This document shows, one piece after another, positions 16,141 through 27,850 of a stretch of 64,000 nucleotides of DNA. The number at the start of each line of letters is the position of its first letter. The first letter of the stretch is position 1. The stretch is from Leucoraja ocellata. Lineage: Eukaryota. The stretch lies in the NCBI GenBank assembly GCA_036785375.1, contig JAWMAR010000063.1, forward strand, positions 8,680,001 to 8,744,000, in the 5' to 3' direction. Under the pieces are notes generated by a model. It was not told the DNA's origin and did no database searches. It saw nothing but the letters and a program-made list of their open reading frames with translations. Both the position numbers and the translations under genes were made by a program.

Positions 16141-17337
16141 TTTGTTTTACATAACCATCTGGGCCATTCCTCTGTAAACAAAGTGTCCCATGTCTGGGCT
16201 AGTTATTCTACAACCAAGAATTTATGAGCCTAGTTCGATGCCGTTCAATGTAGGTGTGACATTTGGGGGGGATTATATGAGCACCTTTAATGAGGTTATT
16301 AACTAGAGCAGTAGAAATGCCTTACATTGTATTTTTCTTTCTCTGGTTCACACACAATTATCAGTGAAAGCATTACAAACAGACTTTGTTAAAATATTCA
16401 GTCGTTCGACAAGTGTTAGGTGGAATTTTTCCAATACTTGAGAACAAAAAACAAATTGATTAATGTTTATGGATGAAGTACATTTGAAGTACTTGTACAT
16501 GTGTGATCCTCAGAACACAAAATACTCTAATTTCTTCCCCCTGAACAGCTATCTGTTTGTTTGCATTATTGACTGCTTGCATAATAATTAAAAGATTATT
16601 TGGAAAACATTCACATCATTGTGAAAATCAGGATAATATTACAGCCACTGATGTTGACTGACAGTTGCATTATCATTAATATAATTATTAATTAGTTATT
16701 AAACGTATGTAATTATTAATGTGGAAATGTAATGCAGCAGCCTTTCACTTTATTCTTTTAATGTGTAACTGAAGATCTAATTACTTCCAACATCAACCTT
16801 GACAACAATGCAAATAAAGGTTGCATAACAGATACTTGCAACAAATCATCTGCTCTACACAATGGTCCTTAGCAATGAATACATTTCCCCTTGACAAAAA
16901 TTACTTGAATTAATGTGAGATATCCACATTCTCAATGACAACGATCTTTACACAATGGGGTACAAAGGTGGAGCAGCAATTCTTCACCAGTTGCTTCCGG
17001 CAAACATGATATATATTGGCAGATGCACATTGTAAACTGCTTCTGAAACCCAGATCCATCAACTGCAATAGAAGTGAACTTTGGAAGCAGACTACAATGT
17101 GCACCTGCTATTTTGTTCCTCATCTAGTGCTGAGGCAAAAGAAGAGTTCCTTCCCAGACTACAAGATCATTATTAGGTTTAAATCCTGGAACTATCTGTC
17201 CAACAGCATTGCCAGAACACCTCCATCAGAAGGAGCATTGCTGTTCATGAAGGTGGCCCATCACAAGAAAGCAACTTCTTAAATATAATTAGGAATAAGC
17301 ATTAAATCAATCAATACCAAAAGTGAGAGGGAGAAGG

Positions 17338-17890
17338 AGAGGAGGTCATGATGCAACTTTTTAGGATTTGGTCAAGCTGCATTTGGAGTATTGTGTGCAG
17401 TTCTGGTCACCCCATTACAGGAAGGATGTGGAGACATTGGAAAGTGTGCAGAGGGAGTTTAACAGAATTATGCTTGGATTAGAGGGTATTAGCTACAGGA
17501 AGAGGCTGAACGGACTTGGATTGTTTTCTCTGGAATGCCTGATGTTGCGAGGGGACATGATAGAAGTATATAAAATTATGACAAGGCATAGAAATGATGA
17601 CAGGCTGAGAATCTTTTTTCCTTGAATGGAAAACTCAAATACTAGTGGGCCTAGCTGTATTGTGCGAGGGGCAAACTTGAAAATAGATGTGGGGGGTGAG
17701 TTTTATACACAGAGGATGCCTGGAACGTGCAGCCAAAGGTGGTTGAGGCAGATACCATAGTGGCATTTAAGAGAATTTTGGATAGGCATATGGATATGCA
17801 GGGAATGGAGGGATATGGATTATGTGCAGGTGGATAAGCATTGGACTTGGCATCATGTTTGGCACAGACACTGTTCCTGTGCTGTATTCT
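17338..17890 (+). mobile_element. CR1 LINE ORF2 C-terminus and 3'UTR
   Basis: ORF 17368-17625 HLEYCVQFWSPHYRKDVETLESVQR...LGLFSLE...RGDMIEVYKIM. Confidence 0.92.
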
Positions 17891-18210
17891 TCCATGCCCA
17901 ATGAAAATGAGGCCATATAGATAGATTACCTATATTTGAATTAGTCTGGTTTTTGTAAAGGAGATGGCCTAGTGCCACATGCGGTGAATATTCAGTGTCC
18001 TCTGTCGGTGCCAAAACCTGCCGACACTTGTGTACTGCCTGGCTGATGTCTGCTACATGATGTGTCTGGGTTGTATGCAAAACAAAGCATTTCACTGTAC
18101 CTAGGCACATGTGACAATAAAGTATCATTGAATCATTGAATTTTATTAATTTGACAATTACCAGTACCTTCCAAGTGGAGCTTGGTTAGATATTTGTAGA
18201 TGAGATGAGT

Positions 18211-18456
18211 CTTTCACACAGAGAGTGGTGAATCTCTGGAATTCTCTGCCACAGAAGGTAGTTGAGGCCAGTTCATTGGCTATATTTAAGAGCGAGTTAG
18301 ATGTGGCCCTTGTGGCTAAAGGAATCAGGGAGTATGGAGAGAAGGCAGGTACGGGATACTGAGTTGGATGATCAGCCATGATCATGTTGAATGGAGGTGC
18401 AGGCTCGAAGGGCTGAATTGCCTACTTCTGCACCTATTTTCTATGTTTCTATGTTT
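18211..18456 (+). mobile_element. CR1 LINE 3' end with (tttctatg)n tail
   Basis: Reads FTQRVVNLWNSLPQKVVEA; conserved 3'UTR. Confidence 0.9.
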
Positions 18457-19439
18457 CTGTGACTTCTGGGGTGGCAGGTGAGGCCAATGTGGGACTTGAA
18501 GATTTTCCAAAGTGGGCAGAAAGTGCTTAGCCAGATAATTGTGCAGGTAAATTGGCCGGTGGTCTGAGTCAAGAGTGCTTAGATTGCTTAGATTTGGCAC
18601 TGTTGGGATTGCACAGGAAAATTGTGACATTCGAGATCCCAACCTTCAAATTGAGTGGAAGTTCCCTGTGCATAATTAAGGTGAGATAGTCTTACACATC
18701 AGCTATAATGCAGGGCCTTGGTTCAGTAGCAAATGCGTCCTATGTTGCAGTTTACCAGGCTCTGCTGTATGGACATTCGCGCGCACACACACACACACAT
18801 GCTCACACACAAATATAGCTATGGGTTAGCAAGGTCCTTGCTAACACATACACACTCTCACGTGCACATGGGTGGGCTCAGGCACAGATGCCCTTAGCCT
18901 CTGCCTCACACTCAGTTAATACCAGTTAAAACAGAAAGGGATCTGTGTTCTTCATGGGTCTGATTAAAAGGTTTTGAAGATCGTGAGGAACTAGCGGGTG
19001 TCACATTGCAGAGATTTGGTGTCTGCACACTCATTGTTTCATTGCACAGAGGATGGGAGGTGCCATGCATTGGTTAATGGATATTCAGCCTCTGATACTA
19101 ATTTGAAAACAGCAGTAATAGCTTACGTTTCAGGCTTCTAAAACTCCAGTAGTAAATTATTTACTTTCCCTTCATTGTTTAGTACTTATTTGCCTCTACA
19201 GCAAAATGTGACGTTATTTTTTATCAACTGGATGTTGAAGGATGTGAGCCAGACGATAGGAGTCCAAATATATTTTTGAATTGAAGAACTGCACAGCTCA
19301 AAAGGAAGATATTTATGCCAACTCTTCCAAGTAGCTTCACTTCCTCTTTACCAGCATCCCTGCGACCTCTTCTCGTTTCAGAAAGCTAATGCTGCACCTA
19401 CATCGGCAATTGTCATTCCAAATATAATCAGTTGGGTAA

Positions 19440-19942
19440 ACATATTTATGTCCATGCCACTTCGTACTCTTTAACCATTCATCTTAAATTCATCTAAACC
19501 CATTCCATTTGGTAACCAACTCTGCACACATTGGAAACCATGTGTTTTTTTTTCCATTTACACTGTCTACATCATTCATGATCTTAAACAACTCAGCTTT
19601 CTACGCTTTATGAGATCAATCACAATCTCGCCGTTCTATCCATATAAATGTAATTCTTTATTTTGGAGCGATCCTGGTAAATTTCTCAGGTAAACAAAAA
19701 TGCTGGAGAAAGTGAGCGGGTGAGGCCGCATCTATGGAGCGAAGGAATAGACGACCTGGTCTCGACCCGAAATGTCTCCTATTCCTTCGCTCCATAGATG
19801 CTGCCTCACCCGCTGAGTTTCTCCAGCAATTTTGGCTACCTTCGATTTTTCCAGCATCTGGTAAATTTCTCCATAGTTTGCCAAAACCTTCATATCCTTC
19901 CTGAACTGGGCACAATGCACCACTGTGGCCTACACTGTTTTT
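19440..19942 (-). mobile_element. Degenerate CR1 fragment hosting a PLE insertion
   Basis: Minus strand HCAQFRKD remnant and CR1-like downstream sequence. Confidence 0.55.
19688..19857. mobile_element. PLE fold-back element, 14-bp TSD
   Basis: Inverted arms; CTGGTAAATTTCTC at 19674-19687 and 19858-19871. Confidence 0.9.
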
Positions 19943-19944
19943 GT

Positions 19945-20163
19945 AGAGAGAACAGACTGCAGATGCTGGCAACTTGACCAAAACAGAAAGTACAAGAGGA
20001 ACTCAACGGGTCAGGCAGCATCTGTGGAGGAATGGATGGGCAATGTTTGGGTTGGGACCCTTCTTCAGACTCAAGGCTGAAGTCTGATGAAGGGTCCCTA
20101 CTTGAAACATTGCCTGTCCATTCCCTCTCCAGATGATGCTTGACCCACTGAGTTTCTCCAGTG
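19945..20163. mobile_element. PLE inverted pair with two hammerhead-like cores back to back
   Basis: gggacccttcttcagac followed by gtctgatgaagggtcccta.ttgaaacattgcc. Confidence 0.82.
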
Positions 20164-20952
20164 TTCGATGTTTAATGTCATCAAATACAAAGCAAACCAT
20201 AATGGTTTAAAACAACATGACCATGACCTTAAAGAGGATGTTCTCACTCTTGTGCCTCTCAGAATAATAAGCTCCAAGATTACCACTACCTGCAAACTAC
20301 TGCTCACCAACATCTCTGATTTCAAACAGCAGGCAGTGTGAGAAACATGACTAAAGTATGTCAAACACACACAGACCCAAAGCCTTTGCCCTGTGACTAT
20401 ATCTGTGTGTTTTACAAAGACCAACGGGGCTTTATGAAACATCATGCATGGCTTAATCCCTTTTTCAGATACAATTAGTTTCCATGAGAAAAGAGAGAAG
20501 GCACTGCCCTTATGCACAGCCAGCCCTCGATCTGTCTTTTACTGTGGTTAGAAAGGAACGCTGTTTGAGACATTCCATCTCAAAGAACAAACCACATGCT
20601 ACAGAGATCATTTTCCTCTGAAATTGCTCTTACAAAAAAAACTCCAACAATAAAATACATTTCTCCCTACGTTGACTGTTGTCTGAATTGCTGCCTATTG
20701 GAGTATTTTGCTCCAAATTCCGGGTGTTGGGTTGAGAATATCCTACAAAATATGGTAGGCTTTGGCTTAGAAGGAGATAAATAAATAATTTGAATTCTAA
20801 CTTACAGGAATGGTCAGGGCTGAATTCTGAATAAACGGATTTAGTTAAATATGTTTTCAAGTCAGATTTTGCTAGGATTAAGCTTCTGAAAATGAAAGAA
20901 AGTTGGATTTCAGAGCAAAGATCCTTCATTTGTATTCTGAGGAGATTAGTTG

Positions 20953-21282
20953 TGCTCGGAGCTGTGGCGGCGGCAGCGACCACCCGCGGAGTTTGAACCG
21001 GCCCGTTCGCGGAGCACGGTTGAGCCGCGGGATTTACCGTCACCCGGTGGGGTCACAACATCTGGAGCCTGGATCGCCTCGGCGCAGAGGGAGAACAAAG
21101 AGGAAAGAGACAGAGACTTTAAGATTTTGCCTTCCACCACAGTGAGGAGGTGTTTGGGGAACTCACTGTGATGGATGTTAAATTTGTGTTGATTGTGTGT
21201 TTTTGTCATTTTTTATTATATGTATGACTGCAGGGAAACGAAATTTTGTTCAGACCGAAATCTAATCTAATCTAATCTAATC
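20953..21282 (+). mobile_element. CpG-rich non-autonomous retroposon with (TCTAA)n tail
   Basis: GC-rich body, internal stem-loop, tandem tail, TAGTTG duplication at 20947-20952 and 21283-21288. Confidence 0.75.
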
Positions 21283-21284
21283 TA

Positions 21285-21672
21285 GTTGATTGTCACATGT
21301 GCAGAGGTACAGGGAAAAACTTTTGTTGCATGCTGGCCAGTCAGTGCAAAGACAATACATGATTACAATCGAGCCTTCCACAGTGTACAGATACATGATA
21401 AAGTAAATAATGTTTAGTGCAAGATAAAGTCTGATCAAATATCGTTCGAGGGTCTACAATGAGACAGGTAGTAGCTCAGGACTGCTCTAGTTGTTGGTAG
21501 AATTGTTCAGTTGTCTGATAATAAATTGGATAGTTATATGGACGGGAAGGGAATGGAAGGTTAGGGTCTGAGCGCAGGTATATGGGACTAGGGGAGAATA
21601 TGTGTCGGCACGGACTAGAAGGGTCGAGATGGCCTGTTTCCGTGCTGTAAATTGTTATATGGTTATATGGTT
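21285..21672. mobile_element. Rex/Babar-like LINE tail (-) followed by CR1 3' end (+)
   Basis: attgtcacatgtgcagaggtacag tail; ggcctgtttccgtgctg with (ttatatgg)n. Confidence 0.6.
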
Positions 21673-22184
21673 AATACTGGGAGGAAACTGTCATTGCCAC
21701 TCATCTGACTTCCTACGTGAGCCTGCAAAATCAATTCACTAATTTCACAGTCTAAGGGCAGAAGCAAATCAAACAATACATATTCAGAAGTGGAAATATT
21801 CTGTGGATTAAAATTAATATTGTGCATTATTTTAATAAAGGAATAATTGCACTCAATAGTTTTATATTGAGCTATGGATCTTGGCCAGATTTCTTCCTTT
21901 CCCCATAGTATTATTCATTATACATGGAGTCAGAACATTTGGTGGATGTCATTATCTCCATTCACTATATCAAGCAATTCAATACATTCACTTATGTCAA
22001 TATCACTAATATTTCATCCTTAAACACTGTAGCAGTGAAATGTTTGATACACTATAGCTCAAGGCACAGTCCAGTATCCACTGTTAGTTGCTTCAAAGTT
22101 TAGTGCCCCCCTCAGCATTCAAGGAACCTTGGTGTTTGTGTTCCCAGAGCCTTGGGAATCTGACAGGACCACACCCAAAGATGA

Positions 22185-22570
22185 GCGTAGGCACAAAATC
22201 CTGGAGTAGCTCATCGGGATAGGCAACATCTCTGGAGAGTAGGACTAGGTGATGTAACTCTTCATCAGACTGGAGAAGGGTCCTGACCCGAAATGTCACC
22301 CATACCTTTTCTCCAGAGATTTAACCTGCTTTCTGATGGAACGCTCAATACATCACACATCACACACACACGTCACACATGCATTGAGGATAGAGGAGAG
22401 ATGACAGCCTTGCATGTAGAATTATACCAAGCCGATTATCCTACAAACCTCGACGTCTTTGGAGTGTGGGAAGAAACCGGAGATCTCATGCAAGTCACGA
22501 GGCGAACAGGATCCAGGCCGGGTCTCTAGTGTTGTATGGCATCAACTCTATCGCTGTGCCATCGTACCAC
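22185..22570. mobile_element. PLE inverted pair (22185-22325) and SINE fragment (-, 22425-22570)
   Basis: gactggagaagggtcctgacccgaaatgtcacc core; gtctttggagtgtgggaagaaaccggag SINE body. Confidence 0.7.
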
Positions 22571-23076
22571 CCTAAGTACCAACCACTGTCTGTGTAAAAT
22601 AATTTCCACTCAAATCCCTGGGAGGATATCTTGCCTCAGAGCAGACTTGACTCAATGGGCAATGGTTTGGGCAAAATCTTGCACTCCACATTCAACAGTG
22701 ATATTGGTCTGTGATTTTTGATCTCTCTCTCACTCCCTCATCTTGTTATTAATGCTGACAATTCCCCTTTTCATGGATACTGACATCCTACAGCCAGCTG
22801 TATGCTTGCTGCAAGTTTGGGCCCATCCAGCCAAGTGCAACTTTACTGCAAACCATCGCTCTGGGAACTTTATTAATCTCAAAGGAATGTGTTGGGCTTG
22901 TCAGTTCTTCCAGGATCAGTGATCTGGAATTCTTCCAGATGCCATTGCCGAAAACTTTCAAGATAAAGGACAAGGAGTCCCGGGGGGGTCTGTATTTTCT
23001 GTGGCCTACCAATCATGCAGCTGACGTTGAAGGATTTATAAATCCTTAATATGCTCTTCAGTGAAGACATTACCAA

Positions 23077-23545
23077 GTTTGACGTGGCCCTTGTGGCTAA
23101 AGGGATCAGGGGGTATGGAGAGAGGGCAGGTACAGGATACTGAGTTGGATGATCAGCCATGATCATATTGAATGGCAGTGCAGGCTCGAAGGGCCGAACG
23201 GCCTACTCCTGCACGTATTTTCTATGTTTCTATGTTTCTATGTTATTCTCATCTATAATCTCAGAGCTCCCTCTGTAGACCCTTTGTTAGACAAAGCATG
23301 AACATGGCTCAACCTGCTCCATGGGGCAGGTGTTGGATTGGAAGGTGATAAACACAGAACATAGAATACTACACTACACAGGGACAGGACCTTTGACACA
23401 CAATATCTGTGCCAAACATGATCAGAATATAACTTAATGTCATCCGTCTGCACGTGATCCATGCTCTCCATTCCCAGCATATCCATGCACCTATCTAAAA
23501 GACTCTTAAACACCACTATTGTATCTGTCTCCACCACCACCCACT
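23077..23545. mobile_element. Two CR1 3' ends, tail to tail (+ 23077-23243; - 23355-23545)
   Basis: The first is near-identical to 18300-18456; the second reads VVETDTIVVFKSLLDR on the minus strand. Confidence 0.85.
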
Positions 23546-24960
23546 GGATTATGAAGGACTCCAAGGCCAAGAATGAGGCGTGTTGCATCTTGGCCCCATA
23601 GCACACCTCTAGTCTTATTTAACGAATGCATGAGACAGCTGAGCATTTTATTTTAGCCATATGCAGGTGCACATAGGAAGAAGAAATAAAATTAACCAAG
23701 GCAGTTGATGCTGTTAACTGTGCAACAGCATTGTTGGAGAATGCAGTTGCTTGCATGTAAGATGGTGAACAAGTGTATATCTAAATGTGGCGTAACATAG
23801 GGCTCAACATGTAAAATGCATGTGGATCATTAGAGCCCTGTTGATAACACATTTCACTTTGCATCTTAAGGGGTTGATTTTCCATAATTCTACATGTCAT
23901 TTCTCACCATTAATTGTTTATCTTACCCCTCTCCCAAGCTGATACTTTCACTTAGTCTCTGAGGTACAAAGCAATTTATCAAATGAGGACTGATATTACA
24001 CACGTTAGCATGCACTGTTGATGCTTCTTCCTCCTGCAGCAGAGACATTTTGATATTAGCTGTAACACTACAAACACATTGGCTTAACACATGTACACTC
24101 AAACTTTGTAATGCAGTTCATTTGTTTTGTGCCTCTCCCATTTCTAAATGCATAGATCGCAGTTGCCAGTACTGAATATATATTTATTTTTTCTCATCCC
24201 TGCCCTCTACATGTTTTCACAAACAACTTGGGTTTGTCTGCAAATGATATTTTCTGGCCTTTGTTAATTGGATTAATTTTTATTATTAAACTGCTTGGTC
24301 CAAGGAAATTCATACTTCCAAATTATCCTAATCAAAATTAAGATAAGCCTTTTATATTAGTGTCATAGAATCATAGAGTGATACAGTGTGGTACAGTCCT
24401 GAATGAAAAGTTTCAATCCAGAGTTAAATTCTTATTTGTACCAATCTTGTTTGTCATTCAATGGTTCGACCATTAAGCTGTATGTTTCATGGCACCAAAT
24501 CAGGTTGCCTTCATTGAGGATGCCAGTCTAAGTCATGTCTGATGGTGACAGACCAAGTGCGTACACTGCCATCCAACTACAGATCAGCATTTCCAATGAA
24601 TGTATGAAGACATCTTACTAACTATCTCTCATTTCTGTAGATTGTGTGAAAGTGTTACTTTTTCGATACTAGATGCCTGACTTTTATCCAAATTCTATCT
24701 ATGAAACAGCTTGAGTTGATAGTTGATGTTTGGAGGTCCTTACCCCCTCACTAACTTTCCTGGCATTCTTGGCCTTACAGGTGGAGGACCTTATGGGTGG
24801 CAGGTTGCTTCCTCACTTGCTCTCCTGCTAGGAGGAGCGTGACCAGGAGGAAGATGCTCCCCTTACTGAAAGAGGCCAAATGGAGAAAAATATCATCAAC
24901 ACATTTCTACAGAGGAGGCCAGACAACTATTGCCTTACCAAGTAGAAAGAGGAGAAGTTA

Positions 24961-25241
24961 TGCCCCTGTCTCCAGAGGTTTCCGTTCAGGTTTCCTAAGT
25001 GGGACAGGGGCATTATGCCCCTGTCCCACTTAGGAAACATGAACGGAAACCTCTGGAGATTTTGCGCCCCACCCAAGGTTTCCGTGCGGTTCCCGGAGGT
25101 TGCAGGTGGTTGCCGGAGGTTGCAGGTAGTGGAAGCAGGTAGGAAGACTGACAAAAACCTCCAGGAACCGCATGGAAACCTTTGGTGGGGTACAAAGTCT
25201 CCAGAGGTTTCCGTTCAGGTTTCCTAAGTGGGACAGGGGCA
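24961..25241. mobile_element. PIF/Harbinger-like MITE (25016-25241) plus adjacent internally deleted mini-copy (24961-25012)
   Basis: Long TIRs TGCCCCTGTCCCACTTAGGAAAC...; flanks TTA/TTA/TAA. Confidence 0.85.
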
Positions 25242-27329
25242 TAAGGATAAGGCGTTCGGAACTGCACTGAATTTATTGGACGACATGTCGAAGATACACT
25301 GTTAAAGCCACCTTGTCTACCTGAAGCATGCATTAAAAATATATCAAAATATCTATTTATAACATACTTTATATAACATTATTAATGCGTTGGATCAGAA
25401 ATTATTGCTTTTATTCAATACCACACAACCTTTGGCATTTTCTAAATAAGCGAATTCATGTATGCACGCATATGTAATATTACATTTATTTATATGCACA
25501 GTGTCGCGCATATATACATCATTGCTATTCTCAAATTAGAAAAAAATGTCTCTTTATAAACTACATGAAGTTCTGACATAAATTTTGCAGGCATCCAAAT
25601 AACAAAATAATATAATTAATAGAATCAACCAGTTGCTAACCCATTGTGTCTGTCGATATCTACAACTCACAGTTGAATATACTGAGAGCGTTGAGAGGGA
25701 AACAAAAAATAGCTTGGAGGAAAATATCAAAACTATAGAAATGAATTCTGCAGTTAATGATAGTTTCTGACTCAATATCACCACATTATTTACCCACCAA
25801 ATGAACCACTCAGGAGCTGATGTTACTGGGAGCATTTAACAAATGCATCACCAGCACAATTTACACCAGTTAGTGTCCTAATCACACGTGACATTTTTAA
25901 TGGCTCATAAATTATATTAATCCGTCCCTACCTCAATCAGCAGCTAATATAATTCAACCATTGTTGGGTAGATCATGACTCTGCCGTCGTGAAGTTGGGT
26001 GATAACAGATCTGGCTTACATTTCTCTCAATGTTGATTTACATCAAAGTCAAACAGAAATAAGAATTGGGTGAGATGTGAGAGGACCTATGACCTACTGT
26101 TAGTCATTTTACATAAGCGCATGCAGTCAAGTCCAATGCCTGTGTGCAAAGCATTCACCTATGTGGTCTTGTTCATCGTGGCAGTCCTGTGTGTTTAAGA
26201 CCTACCCCTCAGTGCCACCTCTTTCATTGCTTGTTACACTTGGTCGGTTGTACAATCATTTTCCTTTTCAATACCTTCTACATTTTCCCATTATCAAAAC
26301 CAAATGGTCCCATAAATAACGGTGCGTTTGTTGCCTTGTGTTTTATTTTGAATTATGACACTCGTGGCTTAGCAGGTTGTGAAAATACCTCATTAATTTC
26401 TAGACTTGCTGTATTTCACTTGTTGAGACTAATGCTCCATGATTCATGGTACATTCACGGACTTAAAAGGTGAGCTGATCTTGAAATCTGTCGCAGCAGA
26501 GCAAGTGCAGCTGAGTGAAATATCACTTGTGTGTGAAATTTTTATTTCCACTGGAGTGACTGACCACAATTTACTCATTAATTTTTTTAATTCTTGCTTA
26601 TTCCTGTCACCCTCTCTCCCCATGCTTCTAATCAGTTAATCTTTTCCACTATCAATCTTACCTTTTTAACTTATTTTTTGTACTTAAATTGGTGACTGCA
26701 GTCAATACTATTATAATTGCTATAATCCTCATCACTACTCAAAAATTGGTTAAAAAACAAACAATTCATATCAATCCGAATAAGATACTCAGCAATCTCC
26801 ATAAGGTATGATCTTATAAATGATCAATAAATGATCAATAAACACCCATCACAATTCCACCCCAAAATTATCAATGTTCAATAAACATACAACCCTTCCC
26901 CGTCTTGATGTCAAAAGACAGAATATTCTTTTGTGGTCATCTAAGGATTGTTACATTTCAAAAAATATGATTAATAGGTTAAAAATATTCTCTGATTTGT
27001 CCTCTAAATCAGAGAATACTAAAGATCTTCCTACGCACATCACAGGAAATGCAGTGAATGGATACAGGCCAAATAATGCTGAGTAAAACTCAGAAGACGA
27101 GAAGAGAGAATAAAAGTAACAGGGGCAGAAGGTTTATGGAAGGAATTGCAGGATAGGAGCAAGAAAACTGAATAGACGCCAGGACGGTGGGGTGAAATGG
27201 ATGGTATTGAAAAAGGTGCTGTTCAAGGGTTTAACTTCAAAAGTAAAAGTAAATTGAAGTAGACCTTAAGAAATTGTGAAGATTGTTTTGCCAAAAGACC
27301 ATGGCAGGATTGAAGGAAAATCCCCAGAA

Positions 27330-27850
27330 AACCACAGTGGCACAGCAAATAGATCTGCTACCTCATAGCTCCAGCAACCTTAGATTTGATCCTGACCTCT
27401 GCAATTGGATATGAGCTGCTCCTTTATCTGAAAAGTTGTCAATGGTGCTGAACATTGTGCGATTATCGGTGAACCTCCCCGCGTCTGACTTTACGTCTGA
27501 AGGAAGTTCTTTGATGCGGCAGCTGCAGATGGATGGGGGCTTGGATAGTACCCGAGGAACTCTTGCTGAGATGTTTTGTGGCTCAGAAGATTGACCTCCA
27601 GCAACCACAATTTCCCTGCGCTTGTGTAGGGTTTCCCCTGGGAGCTCAGGTTTCCTCCCATACTACAAGGAGGTGCAGATCAGTCGAATACTCGGTAACT
27701 GTGAATTGTCCCTACGGTGCAGATGAGTGGTAGAATCTAGTGGGTTTGGTGGGCATACGGGGAGAATAAAATTGGGTTATTATAGAATTAGTGTAAATGG
27801 ATGGTTGAGGGTTTTCTGGTTTTGAGCTCTGGTTTTCCCACACAACCTGT
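27330..27850 (+). mobile_element. HE1-like SINE interrupted by minus-strand CR1 RT fragment (~27405-27605)
   Basis: SINE head and body flank ORF remnant ARVPRVLS...IKELPSDVKSDAGRFTDN, resembling GVPQGSVL...INDLP...FADD. Confidence 0.65.

Noticed and set aside
24797-25333. Mirror-image ORFs on both strands
   Set aside because: Artefact of the palindromic MITE.
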